Below, in pieces: positions 14,423-16,007 of a stretch of 16,007 bases of DNA. How positions within the stretch are numbered: the first letter of the stretch is position 1; each line of letters opens with the position of its first letter. A model generated the notes under the pieces. The model had not been told where the DNA came from. It saw only the letters and a program-made list of their open reading frames with translations, and searched no databases. The position numbers were made by a program, and so were the translations under genes. Origin of the DNA: Campylobacterota bacterium (lineage in GTDB: Bacteria > Campylobacterota > Campylobacteria > Campylobacterales > Sulfurimonadaceae); contig JAYEMF010000038.1 in assembly GCA_034717975.1 (NCBI GenBank), positions 1 through 16,007 on the forward strand, written 5' to 3'.

Positions 14423-15823
14423 TTATTCCCGGTTTTCACCCTTGGTAATGGCACCATAATCGAGCAGAAGTTCAATAAGCAGTTTATGCTGATGCTGCAT
14501 GGCAATCTTGAGTGCATTTAGGCCGCGTTCCGACGTTATATTGACGTCCGTTCCATACTCAAGCAGCATATGAACAATACGGTGGTGATTGTAATAGACG
14601 CCAAACATTAACGCACTCCAGCCAAAGTTGTCAAGCTTGTTGCTATCGGCATAGTTATCAAGCAGTTTTTCTACGGCAAAGGTGCGTCCGGTTGAGCAGG
14701 CTAGCATAAGTGCCGTTCTTCCATTACTGTCTGCGTAGTTGACCTCACTTCCCAAATGCAACAGTAACTCCATATGCTCCTGCGTCCGGTGATCTTGCTG
14801 ACGGGTACACAGATGGATCAAGGGTGTCCAGCCAAGTTTGTTGATCCTTATATCTACACTGGCACCTTTGATCAGAAGCGTTGTCTCAATGGTCCTGAAT
14901 TTTTTGGCTTCTTGCGGGTATTTTTTCAGTGCATTATGTGTCAGGGTCAAAGGCGTATAGAGGCCGTCAAATGTATTGATATTGGCACCGTTATCCAACA
15001 AAAGTTCGACATAATCGGCATATCCGTACGTGATTGCAAGGGTGAGTGCAGAACTTCCGGCACTATTTTTATGATCAATAGTCGCATGGCGTTTAAGCAG
15101 GTAGCTGAGCATCTCATATTGATTTTGATATCGTACAACTATGGTCAGCGCTGTATCGCCCTGTTGGTCCACAGCGTCTATATCAAGACCTTTGTTAAGC
15201 AGATAGGCAACCAGTTTAATATTGCCGCTTGGTATGGCCAGATGTAAAAGTGTCTGGCCCTTTTTATTGTATTCAAATAGTTTATCTGACGAAAACTGCT
15301 GTAAGACAATGGCATGAAGGTCTCCTGCCGCTGCTGCATGGAATGGTGAGATATGGTTCTCTTGGAGTGCCTGGGTATGGGTAATGATACGCATGAGAGA
15401 CTTTTCACCAATTTTTTTAGCCAGTTGCAGCGGCGTCATACCATTTTCGTCTTCAAAGAGTGCATCTGCTCCATAGCGCATTAACAGATGGATGGTCTCA
15501 GCTGCTTTCATCTTCAGCGCAGCATGAAGAGGTGTCTGCCGGTGATGGTCGTAGAGTGTTGGATTGGCACCATATATCAATAAGATCTGAACGATAGAAG
15601 AACGTTCATGCATAATAGCATGAATAAGAGGTGGTGTATGACCGGCTTCTGCATTGTCGACATCAAAACCATTCAATACCATTCCGATGACACCCTCTTC
15701 ATTGCCGGTTTGGATCAACTCAAGAAAGGCTTTATAGGGATGCTCGACAATGTGCGCTTCGAGCGGATGGTGCATAGGCGTTTTTAAAATGATGGCACTT
15801 TGCAGACGTTCCATAAAAGACAT
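14423..15823 (-). CDS. Ankyrin repeat protein (about 11-12 repeats), no signal peptide
   Basis: Repeated G.TPL/TALH.A...G....V..LL..GA.+N motifs. True start is likely ATG 15823 (or 15814/15775); the ORF-track N-terminus runs through a non-coding repeat. Confidence 0.9.
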   Translation of the reverse strand: MSFMERLQSAIILKTPMHHPLEAHIVEHPYKAFLELIQTGNEEGVIGMVLNGFDVDNAEAGHTPPLIHAIMHERSSIVQILLIYGANPTLYDHHRQTPLHAALKMKAAETIHLLMRYGADALFEDENGMTPLQLAKKIGEKSLMRIITHTQALQENHISPFHAAAAGDLHAIVLQQFSSDKLFEYNKKGQTLLHLAIPSGNIKLVAYLLNKGLDIDAVDQQGDTALTIVVRYQNQYEMLSYLLKRHATIDHKNSAGSSALTLAITYGYADYVELLLDNGANINTFDGLYTPLTLTHNALKKYPQEAKKFRTIETTLLIKGASVDIRINKLGWTPLIHLCTRQQDHRTQEHMELLLHLGSEVNYADSNGRTALMLACSTGRTFAVEKLLDNYADSNKLDNFGWSALMFGVYYNHHRIVHMLLEYGTDVNITSERGLNALKIAMQHQHKLLIELLLDYGAITKGENRE

Positions 15824-15879
15824 AATAGCTATGCTATCGGATTTTAGTGAATATGTAAAGTGAGAAGCGTAAAGAAAAT

Positions 15880-16007
15880 GCCAATTTCTTGGCATTTTTA
15901 GCTTCGAAACCGGAGTGTTGTCGAGCTTATGCGAGACCACGGAGGCTTAAGATAAATAGCCAATTTCTTGGCATTTTTAGCTTCGAAACCGGAGTGTTGT
16001 CGAGCTT
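15880..16007. repeat. Direct repeat with 79-bp period; two identical 49-bp segments, the second cut by the window end; each unit is palindromic
   Basis: 15880-15928 equals 15959-16007 (gccaatttcttggcatttttagcttcgaaaccggagtgttgtcgagctt). Confidence 0.85.

Noticed and set aside
43..15411. Many short antisense or alternative-frame ORFs (e.g. 43-339, 546-728, 4231-4443, 6057-6275, 11328-11537, 14774-15247)
   Set aside because: They overlap well-supported genes or structured non-coding DNA and show no recognisable motifs; treated as shadow ORFs.
12642..15823. Complete Zorya defence system
   Set aside because: No ZorA, ZorC/D or ZorE (HNH) gene in the window, and the ZorB-like protein lacks the Asp-bearing TM helix.
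15824..15940. N-terminal 39 aa of the ankyrin ORF as given by the ORF track
   Set aside because: Runs through the palindromic repeat and promoter-like DNA, so a downstream ATG is more plausible. Similar over-extensions were trimmed for hemW, rppH, holB, metF and the lipoprotein.
15880..16007. CRISPR array (49-bp repeat plus 30-bp spacer)
   Set aside because: Only two copies, the second truncated. The apparent spacer base-pairs with the repeat and resembles the sequence before copy 1, and no cas genes are in the window. It cannot be fully excluded without more sequence.

Overview
A mostly core-genome window from a Campylobacterota bacterium, probably Sulfurimonas/Sulfuricurvum-like. This is inferred from hobA, the rppH-lysC-hobA-holB-folP and tatB-tatC-queA gene order, and TGnTATAAT-type promoters. 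Left to right it holds a partial degenerate EAL-domain gene missed by the ORF track, queA, tatC, tatB and hemW (all minus strand). Next come rppH-lysC-hobA-holB-folP (plus), a MetF-family gene (minus), serB, a small HTH-like protein and a monoheme cytochrome c. The accessory right end carries a lipoprotein, a secreted beta-propeller fused to a ZorB-like OmpA/MotB domain, and an ankyrin-repeat protein. Five features stand out. (1) The propeller/ZorB-like fusion has no ZorA partner and lies next to the ankyrin gene. (2) The ~215-nt leader of rppH is made of about nine back-to-back hairpins. (3) A 267-bp TTAA-flanked MITE-like element has two internal arms of opposite strand polarity. (4) A heptamer-periodic purine/pyrimidine element holds a 27-codon ORF coupled to hobA. 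(5) A 79-bp-period structured repeat is cut by the window end. All protein calls come from motif recognition by eye; no searches were run.
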